Of a stretch of DNA of 64,000 bases, positions 1 through 10,570 are shown piece after piece. Source of the DNA: Candidatus Hermodarchaeota archaeon (GTDB taxonomy: Archaea > Asgardarchaeota > Lokiarchaeia > Sigyniarchaeales > SOKP01); assembly GCA_048885525.1 (NCBI GenBank), contig JBHLLP010000001.1, positions 1 to 64,000 on the forward strand, written 5' to 3'. The position numbers were made by a program, and so were the translations under genes. Positions within the stretch are counted from its first letter, which is position 1; every line of letters starts with the position of its first letter. The notes beneath the pieces were generated by a model. It did no database searches. It saw only the letters and a list, made by a program, of their open reading frames with translations, and was not told where the DNA came from.

Positions 1-28
1 TATAGACTTATTAGATATATGATCAAAC

Positions 29-1951
29 GTGGCTTATAAAGAATTAAAATATATTATTGAAACTCTTCAAGAAAAATTTAATAAACTAGATTTTAACATT
101 AAGACTATTAATAGTGTGTTATTTGAAATTTTAGAGAAGAATAACGCCAAATTTGAAGAATTCAAAAATGCTATCAGATTTAAATGGGAAGAATTTGAAA
201 ATAAAAACCAAAATAGGGTAATTAAAAAAACATTTACATCTTTTTTCTATGAAAATTTTCATGATATATTTAATAACTTCTTAAAGGTATTTTTTGGTTT
301 TGATGAAAATTCATTGAACCTATTTAGTAAAGAAAAAATATCTGAAGAAATAATATTTTTCTTTTATAACTATACTCTAAATCCAAATGAAGAGGATACA
401 TTTGTAAGACTTTCTAAAGAATTCCAAGTTAATGCATTATATGGATTTTCAATTAGTACAGGATATCTTTATTTTCTCGTTCGCCTTTTAGGAATTGTTA
501 TAAGAAAAACAATTCAGAAAAGAATCATTGTTTTACTTGATGCAGTAAATGTTGAAGATGAAGAAGTAAATAAAAAATTGAATTTTATGATAACTATTAA
601 AGATAGCAAGGACAATATATTCAATTATTATTACAATATGGTATTATTTTACTTCTTAAGACAAATTAAAGGTATTCCTAAAGATTTTTACGAGAATATG
701 TTAGAAGGAAGAGAAAAATTATATCAAGTTGCTTTGAAAGAGTATTCTCTTTCAAAAGAAAAATTAGTAGATTTAATGTATTATTTCTATAAAAAATGCA
801 TTTTACTGAAAAGCTTCTCACCCTTATTAGACTTTTTTAATTTTGTTGGAGCTAGGGTTGAAGATTCGGTATTTTCAAAAATAGATATAATTAAGAAAGA
901 ATTCCTTATTAATCTCGATTATTCAACTGAGAAAAAAAGTTCTATTATTAACTTTTTCAATTACCTTGATAAGAAATCAACTTTATATTCAACCTTTCAA
1001 GCAAATAATTTACCTTCTCCAAAGTCGCAACTAAATCTATTTTTATTATATATGAAATATTACTTTAGTAGCGGACTCGAGGCTTTAGAAGTAGGGGAAT
1101 TACTATTTTTACCAGAAATTTTCAAGAATACATTAAATCAACATAATAAAAGTGTAAATGATGTGATTGGAGCTAATTCTGTTAATAATATTAAAGAATT
1201 TTTAAATTTCCTGTCAGCTTTATCAAATATTAAAAATATAGATCTCTTTTTTCAAAAAATCTTCAATAAAAATATTTCTCAATTAAATTATGGCTTTTTT
1301 AAAACATTTTTAAAGAGCTTAAATTCAAATTTTTGTCAGATTTTAGCTCAAGAAAATGAAATTCTTTCTGAAGATCCACAAAATACACCATTTACATTCA
1401 ATACGATTGTTGATCATATTTGTAGAATTCTCTATGTATTGATTGATAAAATATTTATGAGACCCTCACCAGATCTTGCATCTCAAAATTTTATAGATCC
1501 ACGCAGTCGATATATTGGTAAAAATATTGCTTTAAGAGTTTTAGAACTTTTTGTATTTCAAGATATAAATTATTCTGATGATGTGTGGCCCGATTATATA
1601 ATCAGTTTGAACAGAGAACAGATTAAAAATGACTTAAAAAAGTTTAATATAAATATTCCTGACAAATATTTCTACACAGTTGAAGAATTAATACAAATAA
1701 TGGTGACCTATAATACCCAATCATTTTCCGATCAACCTTTTTTCGAAGAATGGTTAATCCATGAGATTATCATTCCATTTAATGATTTAATTCAAAAAAT
1801 CCGAATTTCTGTAAAAAATCCCTCAAATGAATTTGATGTATATGAAAAATTAAGTGAATATTTTCTATTAAATATAAAAGATAAGCAAATTATTAAAGAC
1901 TTTAAGTTTTTATGCCAACAATTTGCTCCTTTTTGGAAAAAAGTAGAATAA
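29..1951 (+). CDS. Hypothetical protein, 640 aa, probably alpha-helical
   Basis: Long ORF with GTG start; no recognisable motif. Confidence 0.75.
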   Translation: MAYKELKYIIETLQEKFNKLDFNIKTINSVLFEILEKNNAKFEEFKNAIRFKWEEFENKNQNRVIKKTFTSFFYENFHDIFNNFLKVFFGFDENSLNLFSKEKISEEIIFFFYNYTLNPNEEDTFVRLSKEFQVNALYGFSISTGYLYFLVRLLGIVIRKTIQKRIIVLLDAVNVEDEEVNKKLNFMITIKDSKDNIFNYYYNMVLFYFLRQIKGIPKDFYENMLEGREKLYQVALKEYSLSKEKLVDLMYYFYKKCILLKSFSPLLDFFNFVGARVEDSVFSKIDIIKKEFLINLDYSTEKKSSIINFFNYLDKKSTLYSTFQANNLPSPKSQLNLFLLYMKYYFSSGLEALEVGELLFLPEIFKNTLNQHNKSVNDVIGANSVNNIKEFLNFLSALSNIKNIDLFFQKIFNKNISQLNYGFFKTFLKSLNSNFCQILAQENEILSEDPQNTPFTFNTIVDHICRILYVLIDKIFMRPSPDLASQNFIDPRSRYIGKNIALRVLELFVFQDINYSDDVWPDYIISLNREQIKNDLKKFNINIPDKYFYTVEELIQIMVTYNTQSFSDQPFFEEWLIHEIIIPFNDLIQKIRISVKNPSNEFDVYEKLSEYFLLNIKDKQIIKDFKFLCQQFAPFWKKVE

Positions 1952-1967
1952 TTTTTAAAATTATTAT

Positions 1968-2480
1968 TTAAGTAATATTGAATATTTTCAAAAATTTAGA
2001 AAATTGATTTTCTATATCTATTATTGGTAAATCTAAAATTTTGTCTTTTTGTAAATCCTTAGAGCATATTACTCCAGAAACCATTTTAATATCGTTAGTT
2101 AATTGTTTTTCAATCTCATTTAGATTAGATATGCACAAAACTGTTGGATTATTTAAATTCCTAAATCCTTCTGTAAATACTATGTTTATTTTGATAGGTC
2201 CATTTTTCAACCAACTCAAGAGCTCATCAAATTTATTCTCTTCGTTTTTGAAAAATATCGCGGTCTCTCTATTAATATTTTGAATCACAGAGTAAGTAGC
2301 TCCCACGTTAGTAAATTTATAAGAATCTTTTCCACTCATATCCACAGAATGGTGTTTTACATTCTTTATTACAGCAACATTATAATTCAAATTATTTCTT
2401 ATTAATTTTATAGCTTTTGTAATGAAATTAGTCTTTCCAGAGCCAGAATATCCAACCACAGAAATAATTTTAACATTCAT
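1968..2480 (-). CDS. mobB: Molybdopterin-guanine dinucleotide biosynthesis protein B
   Basis: VVGYSGSGKT P-loop, VAVIK..HH, GKDSYKF, TEGF motifs. Confidence 0.85.
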   Translation of the reverse strand: MNVKIISVVGYSGSGKTNFITKAIKLIRNNLNYNVAVIKNVKHHSVDMSGKDSYKFTNVGATYSVIQNINRETAIFFKNEENKFDELLSWLKNGPIKINIVFTEGFRNLNNPTVLCISNLNEIEKQLTNDIKMVSGVICSKDLQKDKILDLPIIDIENQFSKFLKIFNIT

Positions 2481-2607
2481 ATTTTAATCTATCTCGGATT
2501 CTTTTTCTATTTTCATTTATTTTAATAAAAAAGAATTTATTATTTTACTAATTAATATTTATTTAAATAAGAATTTTCTATAGAAAACAAAATATCTTCG
2601 AGAATTA

Positions 2608-4599
2608 ATGCTTGTTAAAAAAGAAAGGATCATATTTGACGCTAATTTCTTTATTTGTATGATGCAAATTAAAGCACGTAATATTTTAGCAAATTTAAAC
2701 AGTGTTGCAGAAGACTTAGGATACAATTATTATATCTCTCAAGTCGTATTTGATGAAATTAAAGCACCACATACTTATAAAGATAAACTTAAAAGTTTCA
2801 TAAATGTAGAAAAAGTATTACCTAAAGAAATTAATGCTATTAAAGATAATTTAAGTAAATTTAATGTAAGATTTCCTGCCCAAGACCCAGATCTGACACT
2901 CGTTTGCATTGGAAACAGATTATTGAATGAAAATAATTCAATTCCCGTCCATCTTGTAACTGATGATTTTAAACTAGCAAAAAATGCAAATTTATTATAT
3001 AAAAGTAAAATCAATATTTTATCTCTTTCAAGTTTTCTTCTAAAAATTCAGAGAACAACCGCTAATAATCAGATGAGAAAATATTTCAAAGAACTTTGGA
3101 GGAAAAGTTTGAATTATACTTTATCCTATATGATTGAACGGTCAAAAATCTATCCCGCAGAACAAAAAATTACTTGGTTGATTGAAAAGGCAATAGCTGT
3201 TACAGAGACTTCAATTCTAACACAGGATATTGAATTAGAAAATCCCGATGCTGGTGTCAGATTTGAAATAGGGGCATCTAAGTATGCTTTGGAAATAGAT
3301 ATCGCTGAAAAGTATATTGAAAATCAAGATCTTTCCCAAACCGAAGAGGAAAAAATATTTGAAATTATAAAATTCCTAGAAAATTTAAAAATATCAAGAG
3401 AATATGTAAAACGCGCTCGAGAGGCGATAATAAAAAGCATTCCCAAAGATGCGGTTAAGTTTTTAAAAACAGGGAATGGATTCTTAGTGTCTCTACTTCA
3501 AGTCGCATCAGGACAATTAACAAATATTAAGGATTATGAGATTGTTGAACAGTTGATATGCTCTGAAATTAGTAAAATGGAATTTTTAAGAGCATTTTTA
3601 TTAGTTTCTCTCGGCCGTATTAATATTGCAATAGATTCACTTGAAAGAGCAGCATTATTCTCGATTATAATTCATAATTATAAAACCTGTTTAACTTTAA
3701 ATTATGTAAAGGCTTTGATATATCTATTCCATGGATTATATACAGAAGCAATAAAACAATATAATTTTACAGAAGAATTAGCTGATATTTATGGAGATGA
3801 TAAGTTGAGGTTAAAATGTCGAATAGGTAAAGCTATAGCAATTTATATTCAAGGTGAGGATAGGAATACGGCATTAAATATCATGCAAGAGATCTCAGAA
3901 ATGGATTTAGATAAGAATTTTCTTGATGCTATAATAGTATTTAGTGAGTTAGGAGATTATTTTTTAGCTTTAGGACATTCTCAAATTGCTACTAATCTTT
4001 ATAATCAAGCTTTAGAAATATCGATTGACTATAAATTGACATATAAAAGCGAAATTTTAATAGAGAAGTTAAAAAGATCTTACATTGCAACTGTTTTAGT
4101 CGGATATTCAGCAGAAGATGCTGTCGATAAATTGGATCTTTTATTAGATAAAGCCTACTCCATAAAAGACGTTGAAAAATACAACGAACAAATTAAAAAA
4201 ATTTCTAGCTTTAATCTCTTATTTTATACTCCATTCCCACATATTAAAGGGAAAAATAAGACAATTCCTTTCTCAGCATTACCGAAAGAACTTAAAGATG
4301 ATTACTTAGAGGTAGTATATTTCGAAAAATTAAAAGATACTCAAGATCAAATTCTTTTTATTGTTTCTCATTATGAGCTAGGTTTACTTGGAATTAAATT
4401 GAAAACTAGTGAAAATGTAACTGGAATTGCTGAAAATTATAATTTAAAGATAAAGCCAACTGCTAAGGTAAAAATATATGAACCTGATGAAGAACTAAAA
4501 AACTTATTTTTAATACGAGCAATTATTGAAATAACAACAATAGATCAAGTCCAAATAAATTATTCTCTTCCGTCTTTCTTTAAGCAGTTGAATCTATAG
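2608..4599 (+). CDS. PIN-domain nuclease fused to TPR-like repeats
   Basis: N-terminal IIFDANFF..VFDEI..DPDLTL..VTDDFKL acidic PIN motifs; central TPR-like helices (LGRINIAIDSLERA, LGDYFLALGHSQIATNLYNQALEI). Confidence 0.65.
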   Translation: MLVKKERIIFDANFFICMMQIKARNILANLNSVAEDLGYNYYISQVVFDEIKAPHTYKDKLKSFINVEKVLPKEINAIKDNLSKFNVRFPAQDPDLTLVCIGNRLLNENNSIPVHLVTDDFKLAKNANLLYKSKINILSLSSFLLKIQRTTANNQMRKYFKELWRKSLNYTLSYMIERSKIYPAEQKITWLIEKAIAVTETSILTQDIELENPDAGVRFEIGASKYALEIDIAEKYIENQDLSQTEEEKIFEIIKFLENLKISREYVKRAREAIIKSIPKDAVKFLKTGNGFLVSLLQVASGQLTNIKDYEIVEQLICSEISKMEFLRAFLLVSLGRINIAIDSLERAALFSIIIHNYKTCLTLNYVKALIYLFHGLYTEAIKQYNFTEELADIYGDDKLRLKCRIGKAIAIYIQGEDRNTALNIMQEISEMDLDKNFLDAIIVFSELGDYFLALGHSQIATNLYNQALEISIDYKLTYKSEILIEKLKRSYIATVLVGYSAEDAVDKLDLLLDKAYSIKDVEKYNEQIKKISSFNLLFYTPFPHIKGKNKTIPFSALPKELKDDYLEVVYFEKLKDTQDQILFIVSHYELGLLGIKLKTSENVTGIAENYNLKIKPTAKVKIYEPDEELKNLFLIRAIIEITTIDQVQINYSLPSFFKQLNL

Positions 4600-4620
4600 C
4601 ACAATACAATAAGAAAATGG

Positions 4621-4893
4621 TTATCCTTTCCTCAAACTCTTGTCTCGTTGCGAAATTTGATGACTGTGGATGGCACATGAAATACAGTAGTACTTTGTCT
4701 TACTTGGAGTTTGAATTATAGTTCCTGACTTTTTTAATTCAGTATACATTCTGCTATCAACCAGTGAGACCCTTCTTGTTACTGCTTTAGCTTTACTTCT
4801 CGCAACAAACCTCCCACATTTACTACATTGAACTCTGGCATACTGTCCTTTGCTAGAACCGCTTCTACCGCCACTTTTTCTTTTTTTTGGAAT
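4621..4893 (-). CDS. rps26e: 30S ribosomal protein S26e (missed by ORF track; ATT start)
   Basis: Manual translation (M)PKKRKSGGRSGSSKGQYARVQCSKCGRFVARSKAKAVTRRVSLVD...KYYCISCAIHSHQISQR; no in-frame ATG/GTG/TTG between the upstream stop and the conserved N-terminus. Confidence 0.92.
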   Translation of the reverse strand: MPKKRKSGGRSGSSKGQYARVQCSKCGRFVARSKAKAVTRRVSLVDSRMYTELKKSGTIIQTPSKTKYYCISCAIHSHQISQRDKSLRKG

Positions 4894-5030
4894 AAAAATC
4901 AGCTAATGTTATTTTTTCTTGTTTTTCGTTAGATCTATACAATATTTTAATAGTCTAAAATTTAAAAAATTTATCTTTAAGCACTATAAACTACAAAAAT
5001 AAATTATAAATATGTAGTTTGTACAGTTAA

Positions 5031-5750
5031 CTAATTATCCTCTAAATTTTTATTTAAGTTCTTCAATATCTTAAAAGAGAAAATTAATCTTTGTATAACC
5101 GTATAAACTAACGTAAAAGTATAGATTATAATACTAATAAGAAAAATTGGGGTTACTGGAACTCTGGTTATAAATGGTACAAAAATAGTAATAGGTTCAT
5201 TGAAAATTAGTAATGTAACAAAATAGAATATAAGCTCTATAATAATAATAAAGAGTATAAATAAAATTCGCTCAGCTCGTTCCATAAATCCAACTCCCCT
5301 CATATTAATACCTTCATTTTCTGCTCTTGAACGTATATAAGAGATCATAATAACTAAAAACAATATAATATAACCTAATATATAATCTACTAAACCTCCA
5401 TAGATTAAACCTAAAATAAGCAAAGCATCAGATAATCTATCTAAATTTGAATCAAGAAATGCTCCAGCTTGAGTTTCATTTCCTGTTCTTCTTGCAACTT
5501 CTCCATCAAATAAATCAAAAGCACCTGCTATTCCCAAAATAACAGGGATTATCCATGAAAACCATATTGAAAAATATAACCCACATGTGGCAATTACTAA
5601 CGAGCCTATAACTGTACATATAAATCCTATATAAGAAATCTTATTAGGAGTAAAATTATGTCTAATTAAAAATTCTACAGGGCGATCTATATATCTACTT
5701 GAAAATTCCTTCTGTCGAACTCTTTTATTTGTATCTTTTATCTCATTCAA
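5031..5750 (-). CDS. CDP-alcohol phosphatidyltransferase (archaetidylinositol-phosphate synthase-like)
   Basis: TPN..S, DLFDGEVAR..GAFLDSNLDRLSD, SYIRSRAE, G.MERAER. Confidence 0.85.
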   Translation of the reverse strand: MNEIKDTNKRVRQKEFSSRYIDRPVEFLIRHNFTPNKISYIGFICTVIGSLVIATCGLYFSIWFSWIIPVILGIAGAFDLFDGEVARRTGNETQAGAFLDSNLDRLSDALLILGLIYGGLVDYILGYIILFLVIMISYIRSRAENEGINMRGVGFMERAERILFILFIIIIELIFYFVTLLIFNEPITIFVPFITRVPVTPIFLISIIIYTFTLVYTVIQRLIFSFKILKNLNKNLEDN

Positions 5751-5821
5751 TTCCTTTATAAAAACTGATATCTGATAATTTAGATTATTATTTTTAAAAT
5801 TTTATTACAATAAAAAATTTA

Positions 5822-6418
5822 TTATAATGCTAACAAGTGTAATTTCAATAATCGAATAACTGAGGAAGCTAAATATGATTGATTTCCAATACTTACCATC
5901 GGAATCTTTAATGCTGATAATTCCTTTGAGTATATATATTCGTCTTCTTGGCTCCCTATTATAAAAATATTATTTTCTTTTTCTTGAATATCGCTTAATA
6001 GTTTAAATAAATCTTGACCTTGTTCACATAAAATATACAGATTATATCTTAATTTTTTAAAATGAATTATCGCCTCGATTATATTCATTTTTGAATCTTT
6101 AATTGAACTCAACTGGTTGAGAGATTGATCTCTTTTATTATGGTATTCTTGAAGGAATTTAACAAAATAATCTGTAAAACGCAATTCGTTTTTCGGAAAA
6201 ATTTCATAATTAAAAAATTCTGGATCAAAAATGAAAGTACCATAACGATCTAAAAATACCCAAATTTGAATATTTTTATCAAATCTATCATTCCCAATTA
6301 ATGTTGCTAAAATACTTCGTGAAATTACATCTAATCTTCCTGAGGATCCTGGAACATCTCTTATATTATACTTATCAATATTTACTGTTTTAGAATAAAT
6401 AAAGAAGATAATAGTCAT
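5822..6418 (-). CDS. trmY: tRNA (pseudouridine54-N1)-methyltransferase, SPOUT fold
   Basis: DVPGSSGRLDVISR, NE motif, C-terminal VSIG..SYLAS. Confidence 0.75.
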   Translation of the reverse strand: MTIIFFIYSKTVNIDKYNIRDVPGSSGRLDVISRSILATLIGNDRFDKNIQIWVFLDRYGTFIFDPEFFNYEIFPKNELRFTDYFVKFLQEYHNKRDQSLNQLSSIKDSKMNIIEAIIHFKKLRYNLYILCEQGQDLFKLLSDIQEKENNIFIIGSQEDEYIYSKELSALKIPMVSIGNQSYLASSVIRLLKLHLLAL

Positions 6419-6534
6419 AACAATGTCAATTTATTTATTATATATAAGAACGATAATTTAATTAAAAGTATTATATTAATTATCGATAATAGTTTAATCC
6501 AACTATTCTAAATTTGAAAATGTAAGATAATAAA

Positions 6535-7470
6535 ATGGATGAAATAGATATTTCCATCTCATTAATGTTATTGGTTAATTCAAGGATACCATACAAAGAA
6601 TTAGCTGAAAAGTTCAATATGAGTGTGAACTCTATTCATAAAAGAGTAAAATCATTAGTAGATCTCGAAGTAATACAAGGATTTAATGCAAAATTAGGAT
6701 TCCCTAATTTTCCAGGAATAACTAATATCTTAATATTTGGTTTTTCAGATTTAAGACAAAAAAAGCAATTGATAAATAAATTAGGAGAAAATGAATGTAT
6801 ATATAATGTTACCCAAGGGAGTGGTAATGCCTTTTATATACATGCATACCTTAGGAATATTAGTGAATTAGACGCCTTGGTGTCATTTATTCGTAAAACA
6901 GGAAATCTTACTGATTTAATTGTTGGAATCGATAAAGATATGCCGCCAATTGCCTTAGAAGAATTAAAAGTTAGACCTCTTACCGATTTAGATTATCTTA
7001 TTATTAAATCATTAAAAGAAAATTCTAGGAAGTCTATCTCTGATATTGCCCTTGAAGTTGGTGCTTCAACAAAAACAATAAGAAGAAGATTAGAACGCTT
7101 AACTGAAAATTTTCTTGTTCAATTTCAAATAGACTGGTATCCTGATAAAACAGGAATAATACCATTAATGATAAACTTAAAATTAGATTCCAGCAAAATT
7201 ATTGATGATAAGGAATTTAAGGAAAAATTAATAAAAGTATTTGGTTCAAAAATTCTAATTACCTGGTCGTTCAGCAACCTACCTAACCTTAAATTTGTTT
7301 TTATATGGGCTCAATCCATGAAAGAACTTCAAGAAATACAAAATTTACTCTTATCTGAGAACTATGAGAAGGTTGATCTAACAATATTGATTGAAGGAAA
7401 AATGTTTCCAACTTGGATTGATACATTTTTAGAAGATAAGGTGAAGGAAATTAAATCTAAATCAAAATAA
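6535..7470 (+). CDS. Tandem (double) Lrp/AsnC-type transcriptional regulator
   Basis: Two HTH-AsnC units: MDEIDISI..NSRIPYKELA..IHKRVKSL and LTDLDYLII..NSRKSISDIA..IRRRLERL. Confidence 0.85.
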   Translation: MDEIDISISLMLLVNSRIPYKELAEKFNMSVNSIHKRVKSLVDLEVIQGFNAKLGFPNFPGITNILIFGFSDLRQKKQLINKLGENECIYNVTQGSGNAFYIHAYLRNISELDALVSFIRKTGNLTDLIVGIDKDMPPIALEELKVRPLTDLDYLIIKSLKENSRKSISDIALEVGASTKTIRRRLERLTENFLVQFQIDWYPDKTGIIPLMINLKLDSSKIIDDKEFKEKLIKVFGSKILITWSFSNLPNLKFVFIWAQSMKELQEIQNLLLSENYEKVDLTILIEGKMFPTWIDTFLEDKVKEIKSKSK

Positions 7471-7811
7471 TCATAAATATTAAATTTCCCTTTTTTCCAA
7501 TTACTAATGTAGTGATGGGAATTAAATTTGAAGATTTGATTTATAAACAAATTTCTGGAATTCCTAATATGATTAAGAAAGAACCAATTTTAAAAATTAT
7601 TTATAAATAACCTGATTTTCCAAAGTACGATTTTTCACCCAAGTGGGTTAAAAAAGTCCCAATTTTCTTATACTTTTTTTCCTTTTTTGATAGACTAAGT
7701 TAGCATTAACATTTTATACGATTTTTCATAATTCAATATCAAATATCGGACTAAGAATGTTTTATAATATTCTAAAAGTTAAGATAAATAATAAAAAAAA
7801 TGTGAAAAAAA

Positions 7812-8636
7812 ATGGAAGAAATAAAGATCAGAACAAAACCATATGAAAAACCCGAAAATATAAGATATCCAAATAGTGAAATCTCAATCGAAGTTAGAGA
7901 TCTTAAGAAACATTTTGAAGGGAAAAAAGATTATGATGATGTGAAAGCCGTTGATGGTATTTCATTTAAAGTTAAATCTGGAGAATTGTTTGGTTTTTTA
8001 GGGCCAAATGGTGCAGGAAAAACAACTACTATTCAAATTTTGATTGGATTACTTAAACCTACTGATGGAACCGCTTTAATAAATGGTTATGATATTCATG
8101 AAGATTTACCTAATATTAAAGAATTAATTGGAGTTTGTCCTCAAGAACCTGCAGTTTTTAAGCATCTTTCTGGTAAGGAAAATATTAGTCTTTTTGGTAG
8201 TCTTCACTTAATGTCAAAAGACGAGATACATAGAAGAACAGAAATCCTATTAAACACTTTAGATCTTGCAAAAGCAAGTAAACGAAAGGCTAAAGGTTAT
8301 AGTGGTGGTATGCTTCGTCAACTAAATTTGATAATTGCATTAATTCATGATCCAATGATATTATTTTTAGATGAACCCACAGTTGGAATGGATCCCCGAG
8401 TTCGAAGAAAGACTTGGGAATTTATTGGAAGCTTAAAGCAAGTCAACAAAACAATTTTCTTAACTACTCATTATATAGAAGAAGCAGAAGCATTATGTGA
8501 TCGGGTTGCTATTATAGATTATGGGGAATTACTGGATATTGGTTCACCTAAAGAATTAATGGAAAAATATCAAACAGATGACCTAGAAGGGGTTTTTATG
8601 AAAATTACAGGCAGAAGGATTATGGAGGGGCTTTAA
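7812..8636 (+). CDS. ABC-2 type exporter ATP-binding subunit
   Basis: GPNGAGKTT, YSGGM, LFLDEPT, TTHY. Confidence 0.92.
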   Translation: MEEIKIRTKPYEKPENIRYPNSEISIEVRDLKKHFEGKKDYDDVKAVDGISFKVKSGELFGFLGPNGAGKTTTIQILIGLLKPTDGTALINGYDIHEDLPNIKELIGVCPQEPAVFKHLSGKENISLFGSLHLMSKDEIHRRTEILLNTLDLAKASKRKAKGYSGGMLRQLNLIIALIHDPMILFLDEPTVGMDPRVRRKTWEFIGSLKQVNKTIFLTTHYIEEAEALCDRVAIIDYGELLDIGSPKELMEKYQTDDLEGVFMKITGRRIMEGL

Positions 8637-9377
8637 ATGAAAATTCAACGAATTATAGCACTATTAAAAATGGATTTAAAAAGAGTTATTTTTGAACCGG
8701 CATATTTATTTCTAATGCTTTTATTTCCAGCAGTACTTACAATAATATTTGGTATTGCTTTTGGTGATCCAGAACTAGGAATGAGTTTTAATGCAATGGC
8801 TCCAGGATTATTTGCATATGCATGCATATTCATAATCATGATAGTTGCTCAATCTTTTAGTGATTTAAGAGAACAAGGTTTATTAAGAAGATTAAATACA
8901 ACTCCTATGACTTCTGGAGATTTTATGAGTAGCCAAGTTATTTCAAATATGATTATAACAATGTTACAAGTGATTATAGTGTTCATTCTAGCATTACCTT
9001 TTGGATTCAGTCCCAACACTAATATAGGAGGACTTTTGTTTGCTTTTTTATTAATGGCTATGTTTTCTCTTAGTTCTGTAGGATTAGGCCTCATTACAGC
9101 AACTATTTCGAAAAGTTCTGGAACTGCAACCGGATTATCGTTTATATTTATACTGCCGCAGATGTTTTTTGGTACTTTCATACCGCTTACTAGTACTACA
9201 AGACCTATTGCTATGGCACTTCCTAGTTATTATGTTACTGATGCTATAAAGTCAATATATAGTGGCGCTTCATTGTTAAGTAGTAATTTATTAATCGATT
9301 TTGCTGTTGTTTCAATTGTCAGCGTTGTAATTGTAATATTAGGCGTACAATTATTCAAAAAATTTGGAAATAAATAA
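8637..9377 (+). CDS. ABC-2 type exporter permease
   Basis: Six hydrophobic segments, REQGLLRRL..TP motif; abuts the ATPase gene. Confidence 0.88.
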   Translation: MKIQRIIALLKMDLKRVIFEPAYLFLMLLFPAVLTIIFGIAFGDPELGMSFNAMAPGLFAYACIFIIMIVAQSFSDLREQGLLRRLNTTPMTSGDFMSSQVISNMIITMLQVIIVFILALPFGFSPNTNIGGLLFAFLLMAMFSLSSVGLGLITATISKSSGTATGLSFIFILPQMFFGTFIPLTSTTRPIAMALPSYYVTDAIKSIYSGASLLSSNLLIDFAVVSIVSVVIVILGVQLFKKFGNK

Positions 9378-9432
9378 AGTAATAATTAAATTTTTTTTAA
9401 ATTTTTTTTCTTTAAAAAAATTAAAACATTTT

Positions 9433-10428
9433 TTATTTGGTCAGATTTAATGAAATCTTCTTCTTATAATGAATGATTACGTAGAAAGCAGAAGACATTA
9501 AAGTAATAGATAAAATAATACCCGCAATTGCCGCGGCATAATCACTAGTTATCCAACTGAGCACTGGAATCCAAGGAGACACTAAATTCTCTAACCATAA
9601 TTCTCCATTTTGGTCAATTAATACACGTTCTAATCCGTCTGGGGCATCAGATAAAAATCCTATTGTAAAACCAATTGCTATCATCAAAAATAACCCTCCA
9701 GCTATTATTAAAATTGAAATTATTGGTTTTTTGTATTTTGAAATATTAATTAGTATTACTTTCTCTTTCATGTATGATTCAGTTGTGATTAACTCTGGTT
9801 TTACTTTATAAATATAGAATATAATTAAAGCAGAAATGATTGCTTCCCCTATACCTATTAGAATATGCCAATAAACCATTGCAGGGATAGCTATCCCTAG
9901 GGGAACAGCCCCAGCAAAACCTAATTCAATTCCACATGCGAATGAAGCCAAGATTATAGCAATATATGAACCAATAGATGTAGCAATTGTAACTTTTATT
10001 TCCTTTTTAATAGATGTTTTATTTAAAATTTTCACTATAAAAATTACAATATAAAATCCTACAATTCCACCAATTATTCCCATATTGAAGGTATTTGCTC
10101 CTAATGCTAAAATACCTCCATCTCCGAATAAGCTTTGTACAATCAATACTAAAAAGAGTATAATAACTGAAGCCCATGGACCTAATATAACAGCTACTAA
10201 GGTTCCTCCAATCAAATGACCAGAGGTACCACCAGGAACGGGATAATTAACAAACTGAAATGCAAAAATGGTAGCAGCCAAGACACCTATGTAAGGAATT
10301 AATTTCTCAGAATCCTCTTTTTCAAAAATTTTTCCCATTTTAAAATATCCAAAAATCATTATTAATATAATAATAATCCATAGGATAATTAGAGTAGCAG
10401 GATCAAGTAATCCATCTGGTATATGCAT
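9433..10428 (-). CDS. ECF-type nickel/cobalt transporter S component NikM/CbiM fused to a PDGLE (NikN-like) domain
   Basis: N-terminal MHIPDG metal-binding motif, GGTSGH, GDGG..ALGAN, H.LIGIGEA; C-terminal SDAPDGLE. Confidence 0.9.
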   Translation of the reverse strand: MHIPDGLLDPATLIILWIIIILIMIFGYFKMGKIFEKEDSEKLIPYIGVLAATIFAFQFVNYPVPGGTSGHLIGGTLVAVILGPWASVIILFLVLIVQSLFGDGGILALGANTFNMGIIGGIVGFYIVIFIVKILNKTSIKKEIKVTIATSIGSYIAIILASFACGIELGFAGAVPLGIAIPAMVYWHILIGIGEAIISALIIFYIYKVKPELITTESYMKEKVILINISKYKKPIISILIIAGGLFLMIAIGFTIGFLSDAPDGLERVLIDQNGELWLENLVSPWIPVLSWITSDYAAAIAGIILSITLMSSAFYVIIHYKKKISLNLTK

Positions 10429-10570
10429 TTTTAAAATATTAAGGTTATTTTTTTTTTTTTAATAAAAAATTAAAATGTTACTATATTCTAATAGAGTATG
10501 AAAAATATAAAGTATTACTTTTTTAAAGTTATATATAAACTTTTTAATACGCCAACCTGTTGATAAATTT

